Shown here: in pieces, positions 38,374 through 47,110 of the stretch
Layout of the letters: the number at the start of each line of letters is the position of its first letter
Numbering within the stretch: position 1 is the stretch's first letter
From: a virus
Taxonomy: Duplodnaviria > Caudoviricetes
DNA: 56,727 nucleotides
Virus record (IMG/VR): IMGVR_UViG_3300027759_000110
Location: 1 to 56,727 of that record
Direction: 5' to 3' (one strand)
Notes under the pieces: generated by a model
What the model saw: the letters and a program-made list of their open reading frames with translations, nothing else
What the model was told of the DNA's origin: nothing
Databases searched by the model: none
Made by a program: the position numbers and the translations under genes

Positions 38374-40043
38374 ACGCTGAGTTTGTGGATCAGTTCCACT
38401 TCAACGAATCTACTCGGGTTGCTTGCCCGTACTGTTCTACTGAACGTAGAAAATCAAATCAAAAAGACATGACGCTAACCCGCAAAGCAGACGGGGCGGT
38501 CGTGTTTCATTGCCATCATTGCCAGACTAACGGCTCAGTCCAACCACAACAGGAGAGAATTTTGTCAGCCGTACCCAATCCAACAATTGTTTCCAACAAA
38601 CTGCAAGATACACATTACGCATGGTTAGCTATGCGCGGGATTTCAAAACCAACCGCAGACAAGATGAACTTGTTTGCATCAGAAAAATACTTTGGCAAGC
38701 TAGGTAAGACCGCAGATGCCATAGGCTTTCCTTACTACAGACAAGGTGCATTGGTTGCCGCCAAGTACAGATCATTTCCTGAGAAAGACTTTACCCAAGA
38801 CTCAGGCGGTGCACATGATTTTTTTGGGCTTGATCTTGTTAAGAAAGATCAGCCACTCATCATTGTTGAGGGCGAGATAGATTGCTTGTCCCTTATGGAG
38901 TTAGGCTTTGAGAATGTGGTCAGCGTCCCATCAGGAGCACCCATCAAAGTCGCAGATGGAAAGGTTCTGCCCTCCGAAGACAAGAAGTTTGCCTACGTAT
39001 GGAACGCACGGGAAGTCCTTGACGCAGTTCCTTATGTAATCCTTGCCACAGACCAAGACACTGCGGGTCAGGCGTTAGCCGAAGAGTTGGCAAGGAGAAT
39101 TGGAAAAGAGAAATGTCGGCTGGCCAAATTTGAAAAGAAAGATTTAAACGAGGTCATGCTTGATGACCCGACAAAGGTAGGGGAGGTACTGGCATCTGCC
39201 GCCCCGTACCCAGTCTCCGGCATCTCTGACGCGGGCACGTTCTACGAGCGTTTAAACGAGTTGTACGCCAAGGGGACTGGCAAAGGTTTCTCAACAGGCT
39301 ACTCCTCGGTTGATGAGATTTACACAGTCGCCCCTGCACAGTTGACAGTCGTCACTGGTTACCCTTCATCGGGCAAGTCAAACTTTGTGGATCAGATTAT
39401 GGTCAACCTTGCGCAAGCCCATGATTGGAAGTTTGCCGTGTGTTCGTTTGAGAATCAGCCTGAGATCCACATCAGCCGCCTGATGGAGATCTATACCAAG
39501 CGTAGGTTCTTTGATGGCAAGGATCGGATGTCAGAGAGCGACAAAGAGATAGCGTTTAAATTCGTTAAGGATCACTTCTTGTTCATCGATACAAACGGGG
39601 AAGAGCCTTCAACACTGGACTCAATACTGGACAGGGCAAGAATTGCCGTTAAGAGAATGGGAGTTCGGGGGTTGGTCATTGACCCGTATAACTACATTGA
39701 GTTACCAAAGTCAGAGGGGACTGAGACTGCCGCCATCAGCGACATGCTGACTCGGGTTCAGAAGTTTTGTAAGGCACATGACGTGCATACATGGTTTGTG
39801 GCACACCCATCTAAGATCACCCGACAAGGCACTGAACAACCCCGTCCGGATGGAATGTCCATCGCAGGGTCGATGGCTTGGTGGGCAAAGACCGACTGCG
39901 GGGTGACTGTGCACCGCAAGGATCATCACGTAGAGATTGCAGTGTGGAAGTGTAGGTATCGTTGGGTCGGAACGCAGGGCGAAACAACAATGCTATACAA
40001 CAAAACCGCAGGGACTTACTCGGAGAATCTCGATGCCTTCTAA
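38370..40043 (+). CDS. Bifunctional primase-helicase (T7 gp4 / Twinkle-like)
   Basis: CPYC..CHHC zinc domain; TOPRIM IVEGEIDCLS...DQD..G; SF4 helicase Walker A TGYPSSGKS, LVIDPY, VAHP. Confidence 0.92.
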   Translation: MNAEFVDQFHFNESTRVACPYCSTERRKSNQKDMTLTRKADGAVVFHCHHCQTNGSVQPQQERILSAVPNPTIVSNKLQDTHYAWLAMRGISKPTADKMNLFASEKYFGKLGKTADAIGFPYYRQGALVAAKYRSFPEKDFTQDSGGAHDFFGLDLVKKDQPLIIVEGEIDCLSLMELGFENVVSVPSGAPIKVADGKVLPSEDKKFAYVWNAREVLDAVPYVILATDQDTAGQALAEELARRIGKEKCRLAKFEKKDLNEVMLDDPTKVGEVLASAAPYPVSGISDAGTFYERLNELYAKGTGKGFSTGYSSVDEIYTVAPAQLTVVTGYPSSGKSNFVDQIMVNLAQAHDWKFAVCSFENQPEIHISRLMEIYTKRRFFDGKDRMSESDKEIAFKFVKDHFLFIDTNGEEPSTLDSILDRARIAVKRMGVRGLVIDPYNYIELPKSEGTETAAISDMLTRVQKFCKAHDVHTWFVAHPSKITRQGTEQPRPDGMSIAGSMAWWAKTDCGVTVHRKDHHVEIAVWKCRYRWVGTQGETTMLYNKTAGTYSENLDAF

Positions 40044-40368
40044 CAGTTTAAACGGAAACCGGATTGCAGGTAGCTCATCTGGTGATCCTGCTGATGATCC
40101 CCGTTTAAACATCAGGGAAGAACTGGCAGGTGAGTGGGACACAGAACTTCTCTTCCTGTCGGAGGAGGAGTTTGACGAGGCAATCATTGGGGTGGCAGAG
40201 CGGACAGGTGAAGAGCCTGTCGTTGCCTATGACACAACAAAGATCGTGGAGATCCTGAGTCGGTCAATGACTGTGGACGAGGCTTATGAATATTTTGAGT
40301 TCAATATTCTTGGGGCATACGTCGGCCACAAGACTCCACTGTTCATAACCACAACGTTTAAACAGTAA
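40033..40368 (+). CDS. Conserved hypothetical phage protein
   Basis: FDEAIIGV...VAYD...EAYEYFEFNILGAYVG..TP; GGAG RBS. Confidence 0.6.
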   Translation: MPSNSLNGNRIAGSSSGDPADDPRLNIREELAGEWDTELLFLSEEEFDEAIIGVAERTGEEPVVAYDTTKIVEILSRSMTVDEAYEYFEFNILGAYVGHKTPLFITTTFKQ

Positions 40369-40373
40369 CAGCA

Positions 40374-40451
40374 GCCAGCAGCAGGAATGTATTGCGTTTA
40401 AACACACACAGCGGCATCCCGGGCTGCGCTGTAAACGTTTAAACGCATGTA
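40374..40451. repeat. Degenerate GTTTAAAC-containing intergenic repeat, copy B
   Basis: Aligns with 35657-35714. Confidence 0.65.
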
Positions 40452-40459
40452 TATAGGCC

Positions 40460-40484
40460 AAAAAAAGGGAGCCGAAGCTCCCTT
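40460..40484 (-). terminator. Intrinsic terminator of the minus-strand early operon
   Basis: Minus strand AAGGGAGC-TTCG-GCTCCC-TTTTTTT at the convergence point. Confidence 0.85.
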
Positions 40485-40719
40485 AAATTCTTGCGACTCT
40501 CACGGCCTGAATGATGTTTGGATATTTCCCACAGTAACGAGGCACTCGGTCTCTGCCCATCCGATAGACTGCCCATGCCTTCTGAGCGTAGGTGATGTAC
40601 TTCTCGGCAGGGTTGACAAAGCGTTCATGATTAACAAGGTCAACGAGGTTGTCGTAGTAGTAGGTTGTTTTGAGAAAGGTTGGGTCTGATTGGGTGATGG
40701 CTTTGATTTTCTTCATCAA
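40483..40719 (-). CDS. Hypothetical protein
   Basis: 78-aa ORF, last gene of the early operon. Confidence 0.5.
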   Translation of the reverse strand: MMKKIKAITQSDPTFLKTTYYYDNLVDLVNHERFVNPAEKYITYAQKAWAVYRMGRDRVPRYCGKYPNIIQAVRVARI

Positions 40720-40973
40720 TGAACCTCATCAGACCTAGGACGCATGGATCGTTCTATCTCATAGGTAACTGCTACAACTTCTAGCACATCCTCCTTGGCT
40801 AGTTTATTTGTCACGGCTATGGACACTGCGGCCTTGATCAGGAGACCAAGGGTCTCTTGCCCATCTACCTCATTCGCCCCGATCCAATCGATCAACCCCT
40901 CATAGGCTTTGTAGAGGCGGTCATAGTCCATGTCCTTGTCGTTAAGTTTAATGGTCTTGATCTGCATGATCAA
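40716..40973 (-). CDS. Hypothetical protein
   Basis: AAGGAG RBS; overlaps with neighbours. Confidence 0.5.
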   Translation of the reverse strand: MIMQIKTIKLNDKDMDYDRLYKAYEGLIDWIGANEVDGQETLGLLIKAAVSIAVTNKLAKEDVLEVVAVTYEIERSMRPRSDEVH

Positions 40974-41208
40974 TCTCCTTTTCCATGTATCGGACTAATG
41001 CCTGAGCCTGTTCACTCTGCATTTTCTGAATGATCTCATACATCTGCGGGGCGATAGCCATCAGACGTGCGTTGGCCCTCTGAGTGGCAGTCGGTAGGTT
41101 TTTGTTGACGCATGATCCAACTTGAGGTTGGCCGTGCTCATTCTCATAGCCCCACACTGTAGAGCCGTGCGCAGTCCAAGGGTGAGGTGATACGTGTTTA
41201 AACATCAT
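40948..41208 (-). CDS. Hypothetical protein
   Basis: PHPW...ANARLMAIAPQM motif common in phage early genes. Confidence 0.6.
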   Translation of the reverse strand: MMFKHVSPHPWTAHGSTVWGYENEHGQPQVGSCVNKNLPTATQRANARLMAIAPQMYEIIQKMQSEQAQALVRYMEKEIDHADQDH

Positions 41209-41297
41209 GGTCTCCAGTAGAACAAGTCAAGAAGCAAAACGATCATGCCGATAAGAAGCAAGACCCGCTCAAGTTTTTGCCATAGTGTGTGGTTCAT
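41205..41297 (-). CDS. 30-aa single-TM peptide (not in ORF track)
   Basis: MNHTLWQKLERVLLLIGMIVLLLDLFYWRP; GAGG RBS; ATGA overlaps at both ends. Confidence 0.5.
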   Translation of the reverse strand: MNHTLWQKLERVLLLIGMIVLLLDLFYWRP

Positions 41298-41470
41298 TTA
41301 ATTTCCTCAATGTCTTGAATAAATTCTTCCGCATGAACTACTTCATAATTTTCAAGGCCAGTATGAATTTCTCTCGCTATTTCTTCGGCTTGAATTTCAT
41401 CTTCAGCTTCAATTTCAAAAAAAGTAACTTGGTGTTCAATGCGAACATATGGGACTTTAAATTTTTTCAT
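41294..41470 (-). CDS. Small acidic protein (not in ORF track)
   Basis: MKKFKV...FEIEAEDEIQAEEIA (58 aa); AAGGAG RBS; resembles 41633-41866. Confidence 0.5.
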   Translation of the reverse strand: MKKFKVPYVRIEHQVTFFEIEAEDEIQAEEIAREIHTGLENYEVVHAEEFIQDIEEIK

Positions 41471-41642
41471 TGCTTTTCTCCTTTTTTAAACGTGTTGATT
41501 TCAGAACGCCCTTTGCAAATTCCACATCAAGTGTTAAGTGCTCGATCCATGAGCCGTCATCGATGTAGCGGTCAGCAGACAGGGTGAGGTTTTTTAATCC
41601 CGCAGTGAGGTAGACAATTCGTTCTTGATCGGTCATTTCCAC
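41457..41642 (-). CDS. Hypothetical protein
   Basis: 61-aa ORF with GAGGAG RBS. Confidence 0.45.
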   Translation of the reverse strand: MEMTDQERIVYLTAGLKNLTLSADRYIDDGSWIEHLTLDVEFAKGVLKSTRLKKEKSNEKI

Positions 41643-41866
41643 TCCTCTACATCGGTTATTGTCATTTCGGTAACAAGCATCCCCTGCACCTCTACCCTGT
41701 CGATGGCAGAGGCTTCGGCCTCTTCCCGACTGGTTGCATCTATCACAATGTCAACGTAGCCTTCAACGGCCACTGAGACTGTGTAAGTCTTGGTGCGGTT
41801 CTGTTCGTCCAGTCTGCGCTCATTGGCAACCCACAGAGCGGAATAATGATTGTCTAGTCCTTGCAT
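41633..41866 (-). CDS. Small acidic protein
   Basis: KTYTV...IDATSREEAE motif; AAGGAG RBS. Confidence 0.5.
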   Translation of the reverse strand: MQGLDNHYSALWVANERRLDEQNRTKTYTVSVAVEGYVDIVIDATSREEAEASAIDRVEVQGMLVTEMTITDVEEWK

Positions 41867-42057
41867 TACTGTTCTCCTTCATGGCCTTGTGCGTAAATGT
41901 TTTCAAGAAAATTAAGCACGTCATCAAGACAGTCACCAATGGTTATGTCTGTGCCGTCATTGTCCTTGGGCATGTCTTTAATCTTTTTGGGCAGTGCACG
42001 TCTTACGTCCATAAGATCGCAAATTGCAGATGATGTATCGTTTAGGTTTAAACGCAT
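41866..42057 (-). CDS. Hypothetical protein
   Basis: AAGGAG RBS; TAATG coupling. Confidence 0.5.
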   Translation of the reverse strand: MRLNLNDTSSAICDLMDVRRALPKKIKDMPKDNDGTDITIGDCLDDVLNFLENIYAQGHEGEQ

Positions 42058-42111
42058 GTTTTCTCTCCTTAGCTACTGGTCTCTTTTTTAGGGGTGAGGG
42101 GCAAGCCCCCC

Positions 42112-42783
42112 TCAGGCCGCAAGCTTCAGCTTGTCAAACGCTATCGTGCCCAAGTCCTCGATCTTCTCGATGGTCACTGCGTTTTTGTAGATGTGGGTCA
42201 CATCGGCACGGATGCCGATCCCAATGGTTGTGATGCCGAGGTTCTCGCCCACAATGGCTTGCTCTTTGCACTGGTCAGCCTCACCGATTCCATCGCTCAG
42301 TAAGAAGCAAACCTTGCGCTCTTCCTGACGATTCAGCAACAGGCCATGAGCGTATTGCAGGGCAGTGCTATCGTTTGTGCCGCCCCCTGCGGTGATGCGC
42401 TCTAGCAGGGGTTTGATGCGTTGGTAGGGGGTGTTGAAGTCCTTGAGGATCGACACGTCACAACCGAACGTTACGACACTGGTTGCAACCCCTGCCTTGG
42501 TCAGCGTGTCCAGTAGGGCATACGTGGCAAGGATGGCATGGTACATCTTAGAGGTCAGGGGGTCTTTGTTCTTGAACATCGAGCCGGACACGTCCAACAC
42601 AATCACAACCGCAGAGTCGATGCCGTCATGCGCTTTGCGCTGTTTAAACAGGCGGTCATTGTGTGCCATAGTAGGCAGTGCACGGATATTCAAAGTGCCT
42701 GACTTGCGGTTGTTTTGGAATTCTTCAAAGCCTGAATTCTCAAACAGTTTGCGTACAGAGTAACGTAATTTTGCAGGGATCAT
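42112..42783 (-). CDS. von Willebrand factor A (vWA) domain protein, CobT C-terminal-like
   Basis: MIDAS VLDVSGSM, GGTND, LLSDG; start at ATG 42783 with GAGG RBS. Confidence 0.85.
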   Translation of the reverse strand: MIPAKLRYSVRKLFENSGFEEFQNNRKSGTLNIRALPTMAHNDRLFKQRKAHDGIDSAVVIVLDVSGSMFKNKDPLTSKMYHAILATYALLDTLTKAGVATSVVTFGCDVSILKDFNTPYQRIKPLLERITAGGGTNDSTALQYAHGLLLNRQEERKVCFLLSDGIGEADQCKEQAIVGENLGITTIGIGIRADVTHIYKNAVTIEKIEDLGTIAFDKLKLAA

Positions 42784-42793
42784 AAGACCTCTA

Positions 42794-43753
42794 TTAGAAG
42801 TTGATGGGAAACACTGAGTCACCATGTGGCCGAGTGTGTTTTTCTTTTTTGGCAATATGCCCTGTCCAGTAAGTGCCGCCCGTCTCTGTACCCTCGGGTG
42901 CTTTTGTGTCAGGTTCTACCTTACGTGCTTCAACGGGTTGACCATTGGGCTTGATAGGAGACTTCGCAGGGTTAGTTGGGGGGGTAGGTGCACCGCCTCC
43001 CTGATCGCCCGTTGTAGGGTCATCTGAGGGGCTTCCTGAGCCATCCTCGGGATCGCCATCGGTTGGCTGACCATCGGTTGGCTTGTCGCCCTTTTCTTTG
43101 CCCTTTACAGGCTCAGGGTTGGGGTTGATGTTGGGCGGTTGGATCTTAGCCAGTTGGCCGTAAACCCACATTGCAACATCCAAGGTCTGCCATGAATTGT
43201 CGCAAGCGTTTAAACGTTTAGCGGCTTCAGCAAAGATCACTTGCAAACCCTCGGCCACTGGTACTTTGATTGTGGCGTGTCTACGTGCATAGACTGCAAG
43301 AGCAAAGGGGTACTGCGCAGGGTTTGCCCAGTCGGTCACCTCGGCTATGGCTTCGGCCACAACACCATTGATCAATGCGGCAAGCAGGGGTTCAATGTTG
43401 CCAGTCAAGTTGGCCTTGATGGCTTTGTGCTCGATCCATGCATCCTCTAAGGCGTTGTGCAATTGAGCCACATACTGACTGTGATCCCATCCCTTGCGGG
43501 TAGCGTCAAAGTTGGTGTATGTCCAGTGCAACAATTCGTGAATGCCGTAGCCAACATAGCGCATCAGGTCAGCGTGTGTCAGGGTAGCGTCATCTCTGAC
43601 GTTGCTCAGGCAGAGGTGACCTTTTTGGGTGATGGACGCAGACTGAGTGCCGCCCCATTGGATCTGCACTGGGTCACGCCCAAGGTCAGAACAGAACTTG
43701 TGAATCGCCAATGTCACCGCACGTTTAAACTCAAAACCTCGGTAATGTCTCAT
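42794..43753 (-). CDS. CobT-N-like protein with HExxH metallopeptidase motif
   Basis: GYGIHELLH...HNALEDAWIE followed by an acidic/Pro linker; lies between the MoxR ATPase and vWA genes. Confidence 0.75.
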   Translation of the reverse strand: MRHYRGFEFKRAVTLAIHKFCSDLGRDPVQIQWGGTQSASITQKGHLCLSNVRDDATLTHADLMRYVGYGIHELLHWTYTNFDATRKGWDHSQYVAQLHNALEDAWIEHKAIKANLTGNIEPLLAALINGVVAEAIAEVTDWANPAQYPFALAVYARRHATIKVPVAEGLQVIFAEAAKRLNACDNSWQTLDVAMWVYGQLAKIQPPNINPNPEPVKGKEKGDKPTDGQPTDGDPEDGSGSPSDDPTTGDQGGGAPTPPTNPAKSPIKPNGQPVEARKVEPDTKAPEGTETGGTYWTGHIAKKEKHTRPHGDSVFPINF

Positions 43754-43761
43754 GATTTTCC

Positions 43762-45186
43762 TTACAAATATTTTGCTAGAACACTAGCGTTGATGTATGC
43801 CGCCTTGATTGCATCGAGTGCAGTGCGGCTCTCTTCGGGTTGACGTGAAGTAATGGTTGATTCCCAAGCTTCATCGACAGTTAGAACGTCCAGTGCCCGA
43901 ATGAATGCGAGTGCTGAACGAATAGATGGGGGATCAATAACATCCCCAGTGGCAACCTTGGCACGGGCGGCATTGATGGCGTTCACCACATGCTCGGCCA
44001 ACTGTTTCTGACATCCTGTGTGGCGGGTGATGGCCTCGACTTCCTGATCCTTGCTTAGGTAGGTGAACGGGATCACACGGGCAAAGCGGTCAGCCAGTGA
44101 TGAATTCATGGTCTGCGTCTTGGCGTAGCGGCCTGACGTGTCGCCATTGGTCATTGTGTTGTCAGCGGCAAAGACCAACACACCCTGCGCTCTGCGGTGC
44201 ACAAAGCCCCCGTAATTCACTGCACTGTTCTCTTCCAAGAACCCGTTCAAGGGGGCAAGTTCTCCGGCATCGGCCATGCTGATCTCATCGAGCAAAACCA
44301 CAGTCGAGGGGCATGTGAAAGCTTCCAAGAAGTTGCCTTTCTTGAACACTGTCGCACCATTCTCCAAACCTACTGCACCGACATAATCGTCCGCAGTGGT
44401 GTACTTGTGGAAGTTAATGCGAGTGTATGAACGGCCTGTACGGGCGGCAAACTGACGGGCGGTCTCTGATTTGCCAGTCCCTTTCGGGCCTCCGAACCAT
44501 GCGTTCTCGCCTGTGTTTTGAGAGGCAACCAAGTGCTTCAAGATGCCGCCATGCCACACAAAGTTGGGGTCAATTGCAGGGGCGTTGGGTGAATTCCAAA
44601 TGTCAATCATGACGGGGTCACCATTGGCACGGCAGATATCGACACCGAACACATCGAGCGCAGACTTGCGATCCACAATGGTTGCACTGGTAGCACTGGC
44701 AAGCACCGACTCGGCCTTGGCATCCTTGACGGCCTGAGCAAAGGGTTTAAACGCCTTGGCAATTGCACTGGCAACCTCTGCGTTGATCTTGTCCTCATCA
44801 AGGGTTGACTTGGATGCATTGGCAAGCCTGTTCAATTGATCGGTCAGGTCATTGACTTGGGTTGCAATGTTCTTGGTATTTTCCACGGCCAGTCGGGCTT
44901 TTTGGATAGCGTCAAGGGCAGTCGATTCACCACGGCTTGCCACGTTGGAGATGGCATCGAGGCGGGTATTGTCAACACCGCCTGTGTTGTCGGCCACTGG
45001 GGGGCAACCTTTGATGTAGTCAATGCTGACTGAGCCGTCCTCGATCAGGTCAGCAAGCCAGTTCAGGCGAACCATTTTGTCCTTGTCATTGATGACGGAC
45101 TGGGGGGCTTTGAGGGCGATAACCGCGCCATTGATGACGTATTTGTCGATGGGGGTCAGGGTTTTAATTGTGCTTAATGCGGCCAT
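43762..45186 (-). CDS. MoxR-family AAA+ ATPase (CobS/CbbQ/NorQ-like)
   Basis: Walker A GPKGTGKS, Walker B LLDE, AADNT, LADRF; N-terminal coiled coil. Confidence 0.9.
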   Translation of the reverse strand: MAALSTIKTLTPIDKYVINGAVIALKAPQSVINDKDKMVRLNWLADLIEDGSVSIDYIKGCPPVADNTGGVDNTRLDAISNVASRGESTALDAIQKARLAVENTKNIATQVNDLTDQLNRLANASKSTLDEDKINAEVASAIAKAFKPFAQAVKDAKAESVLASATSATIVDRKSALDVFGVDICRANGDPVMIDIWNSPNAPAIDPNFVWHGGILKHLVASQNTGENAWFGGPKGTGKSETARQFAARTGRSYTRINFHKYTTADDYVGAVGLENGATVFKKGNFLEAFTCPSTVVLLDEISMADAGELAPLNGFLEENSAVNYGGFVHRRAQGVLVFAADNTMTNGDTSGRYAKTQTMNSSLADRFARVIPFTYLSKDQEVEAITRHTGCQKQLAEHVVNAINAARAKVATGDVIDPPSIRSALAFIRALDVLTVDEAWESTITSRQPEESRTALDAIKAAYINASVLAKYL

Positions 45187-45214
45187 TTTTATCTCTCCTA
45201 GGTACTGGTTTCTT

Positions 45215-45826
45215 TTAAATTAATCCGAGAACATCGCCCTCATTGGGGCAGAGGGGCAAGTTCAAATTGCCCTGTTTAAACGCCCACTTGGCAGTGAGCC
45301 TGACTGTGTACCCGCATGAGGGGCACACACATTTCAGCATCCGTGTCCCTTGCTTTTTGCCAACCGAGGCAGATAATTCTGCGTGGACATAAGCACCGAG
45401 CGAGTCGATGATCTGTTGGTAGGCGGCAACGAATGCACCGCCATGTGTGACCGATTTGTATCGGGCTGACTGAGTGCCGTTGGGCAACAAGTGCATGGCA
45501 TCTGCCACTTTTTGGTAGGGCTTGCCGTGGTTCAATGCACCCTTGGCGGTGTGGCACAACATGGCAACAAGGGTCTCAAAGACCTTGACGGGGTCAGCCA
45601 GTACAGGGCTGATGAAAATTTCAAAGTGTGCGTCAGCACTGTTGGTATTGGGGAAGCACTCGCCAACCGACTTGAAGTTGGTGCGTTTAGCGTTGGACGG
45701 GAGGGCACAGGAAACCCGAACTTTGTCAGTGATTGACACGCCATTGGACAGGAAAAAGGGACGCAGTTCATCGACTGCCGCAGTGAGCCAGTCTTCACGG
45801 GTAAGGTGTTTGATAGGTAAGGTCAT
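45215..45826 (-). CDS. SprT-like protein with degenerate HExxH and C-terminal zinc ribbon
   Basis: GEC...EIFISP...TLVAMLCH...HGKPY; KQGTRMLKCVCPSCGYTVR..W...LPLCP. Confidence 0.6.
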   Translation of the reverse strand: MTLPIKHLTREDWLTAAVDELRPFFLSNGVSITDKVRVSCALPSNAKRTNFKSVGECFPNTNSADAHFEIFISPVLADPVKVFETLVAMLCHTAKGALNHGKPYQKVADAMHLLPNGTQSARYKSVTHGGAFVAAYQQIIDSLGAYVHAELSASVGKKQGTRMLKCVCPSCGYTVRLTAKWAFKQGNLNLPLCPNEGDVLGLI

Positions 45827-45842
45827 GGATGGTCTCCGAAGT

Positions 45843-45896
45843 GTGGCGAAATTACCACTTCAATGCACTGACTCGCAGTGCATCAAGGTGAAAATT
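45843..45896 (-). promoter_or_regulatory. Repeated structured leader E3 (RNase III-site-like)
   Basis: TGATGCACTG/CAGTGCATTG stem followed by GTGGT-AATTTC-GCCAC hairpin, then GGAGA RBS. Confidence 0.55.
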
Positions 45897-46212
45897 AAGG
45901 GCAGTTGGCGTGTTCACGCAGTGCACCGAGCAGGGTCAGGCCAAGCACATGCTTGCAGATCACGTCACCCCAGTTGCCGAGTGGCTCATGTGTGAGGGCA
46001 AGCAAGAGGGCTTGCCTGTCCTCTTCAGTGCGACTGACTGCACCGAAAAAGTAGAACGCCTGTTGGTAGACAAAGGCTTCACGGGTCTGCACGTTCCAAC
46101 GTGTGGCATTGGGGTACTTGCTGAAGTCATTCTGAGCAGATTTCAGGGTGGCTTTGAGAGTGGCAAGCACCTCAAATGATTGAAGTTGGAAAGTGTTTGT
46201 AACTGTGGTCAT
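45895..46212 (-). CDS. Hypothetical early protein
   Basis: 105-aa ORF with AGGGA RBS. Confidence 0.55.
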   Translation of the reverse strand: MTTVTNTFQLQSFEVLATLKATLKSAQNDFSKYPNATRWNVQTREAFVYQQAFYFFGAVSRTEEDRQALLLALTHEPLGNWGDVICKHVLGLTLLGALREHANCP

Positions 46213-46232
46213 GGTGTTTCCCTATGGGTTGA

Positions 46233-46287
46233 AGTGCGACTTAGCACTGCAATACCCCCGTGCGGAGGGGTATCACGCTGATAAGTC
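46233..46287 (-). promoter_or_regulatory. Repeated structured leader E2 (RNase III-site-like)
   Basis: GACTTA-TCAG-CGTGATACCCC...GGGGTATTGCA-GTGC-TAAGTC long stem; alternative AGTGC-TAAGTC-GCACT hairpin. Confidence 0.55.
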
Positions 46288-46411
46288 ATGCAACCTTTTT
46301 GCCGAGGCAGTCGTTGTAACTGCCAGTGAAAAAGATGCGGTAGCCGTTGCGCTCTGTATCGCCCTTACAGACGATGATGTTGCCGTGGCGGTCAATCTGT
46401 GCGGTGTACAT
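46286..46411 (-). CDS. 41-aa hypothetical protein (not in ORF track)
   Basis: MYTAQIDRHGNIIVCKG...RNGYRIFFTGSYNDCL; AAGGAG RBS. Confidence 0.5.
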   Translation of the reverse strand: MYTAQIDRHGNIIVCKGDTERNGYRIFFTGSYNDCLGKKVA

Positions 46412-46413
46412 AT

Positions 46414-46575
46414 TCATTCTCCTTTGTAGTGACGGGCGATGGCTTGCTGAAGCAGGGCTTGATCTTCAAGCTCAAGCATCATGGAAGCAAAGGGGTGTTT
46501 CCATTCATGGCGGTAGACACGCCTTGCGTTTTCCAATGTGGGGTTGGCCTTGTAGGCATCAAGAAGCTTTTTCAT
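46414..46575 (-). CDS. Hypothetical protein (first early gene)
   Basis: MKKLLDAYKANPT...; GGAGAG RBS. Confidence 0.55.
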   Translation of the reverse strand: MKKLLDAYKANPTLENARRVYRHEWKHPFASMMLELEDQALLQQAIARHYKGE

Positions 46576-46591
46576 AGTGTCTCTCCGTAGC

Positions 46592-46640
46592 AGTGCGAAA
46601 GTGCACTCCATTGCCCAAAGGCAACAGACTGAACTCTTTC
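46592..46640 (-). promoter_or_regulatory. Repeated structured leader E1 (RNase III-site-like)
   Basis: AGAGT-TCAG-TCTGTTGCC...GGCAATGGA-GTGC-ACTTT long stem; alternative AGTGC-ACTTTC-GCACT hairpin. Confidence 0.55.
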
Positions 46641-47110
46641 AGTCCTCTGTGGTGCGATCACCGAGAGGGTGACTGGATCTGCACTATCTACTGTTCTTTG
46701 CCCATCACGGGTCAGTAGGTCTGAGCGGTAATCCTTGCGTGTAAACGATATCGTCTACGCTAACACAACGCTATTGTAATAGCATTGGTTGACAAGGTCT
46801 ACAACTATTTTCAATTATTTTTAAAATATTTTTTGAGGTGATCTGAGCACTGTATTTATATTAGAGCAAGGGTGTTCAGTGTTTTGAACTACAAAGTATT
46901 AGTTTTAATCTGTGTACTTAAGTTCAATTTACCATGGTCTAAAATGAGTACTAAAGTTAATGCACCAAAATGGTGAAAAACGCTCAGGAGACGCGATCGG
47001 GAGGTGGCTAAGGGGGTAGTGGCCTAAATTGAAAACGGACGCTCCTAGGGGCCTTTAAATCGATTCTAGAGGCATGTATGTTTATACAGTTTTTGGCCTT
47101 TTTGGGGTCG

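Noticed and set aside
42783-42855. Programmed frameshift or pseudogene joining the HExxH and vWA ORFs
   Set aside because: The overlap in the ORF track comes from an upstream TTG start. A double stop followed by a GAGG RBS and ATG at 42783 explains the arrangement more simply.
46760-46830. Early promoter on the minus strand
   Set aside because: Several partial -35/-10 pairings are possible (e.g. TAGACC-17-TACAAT) but none is distinctive enough to call.
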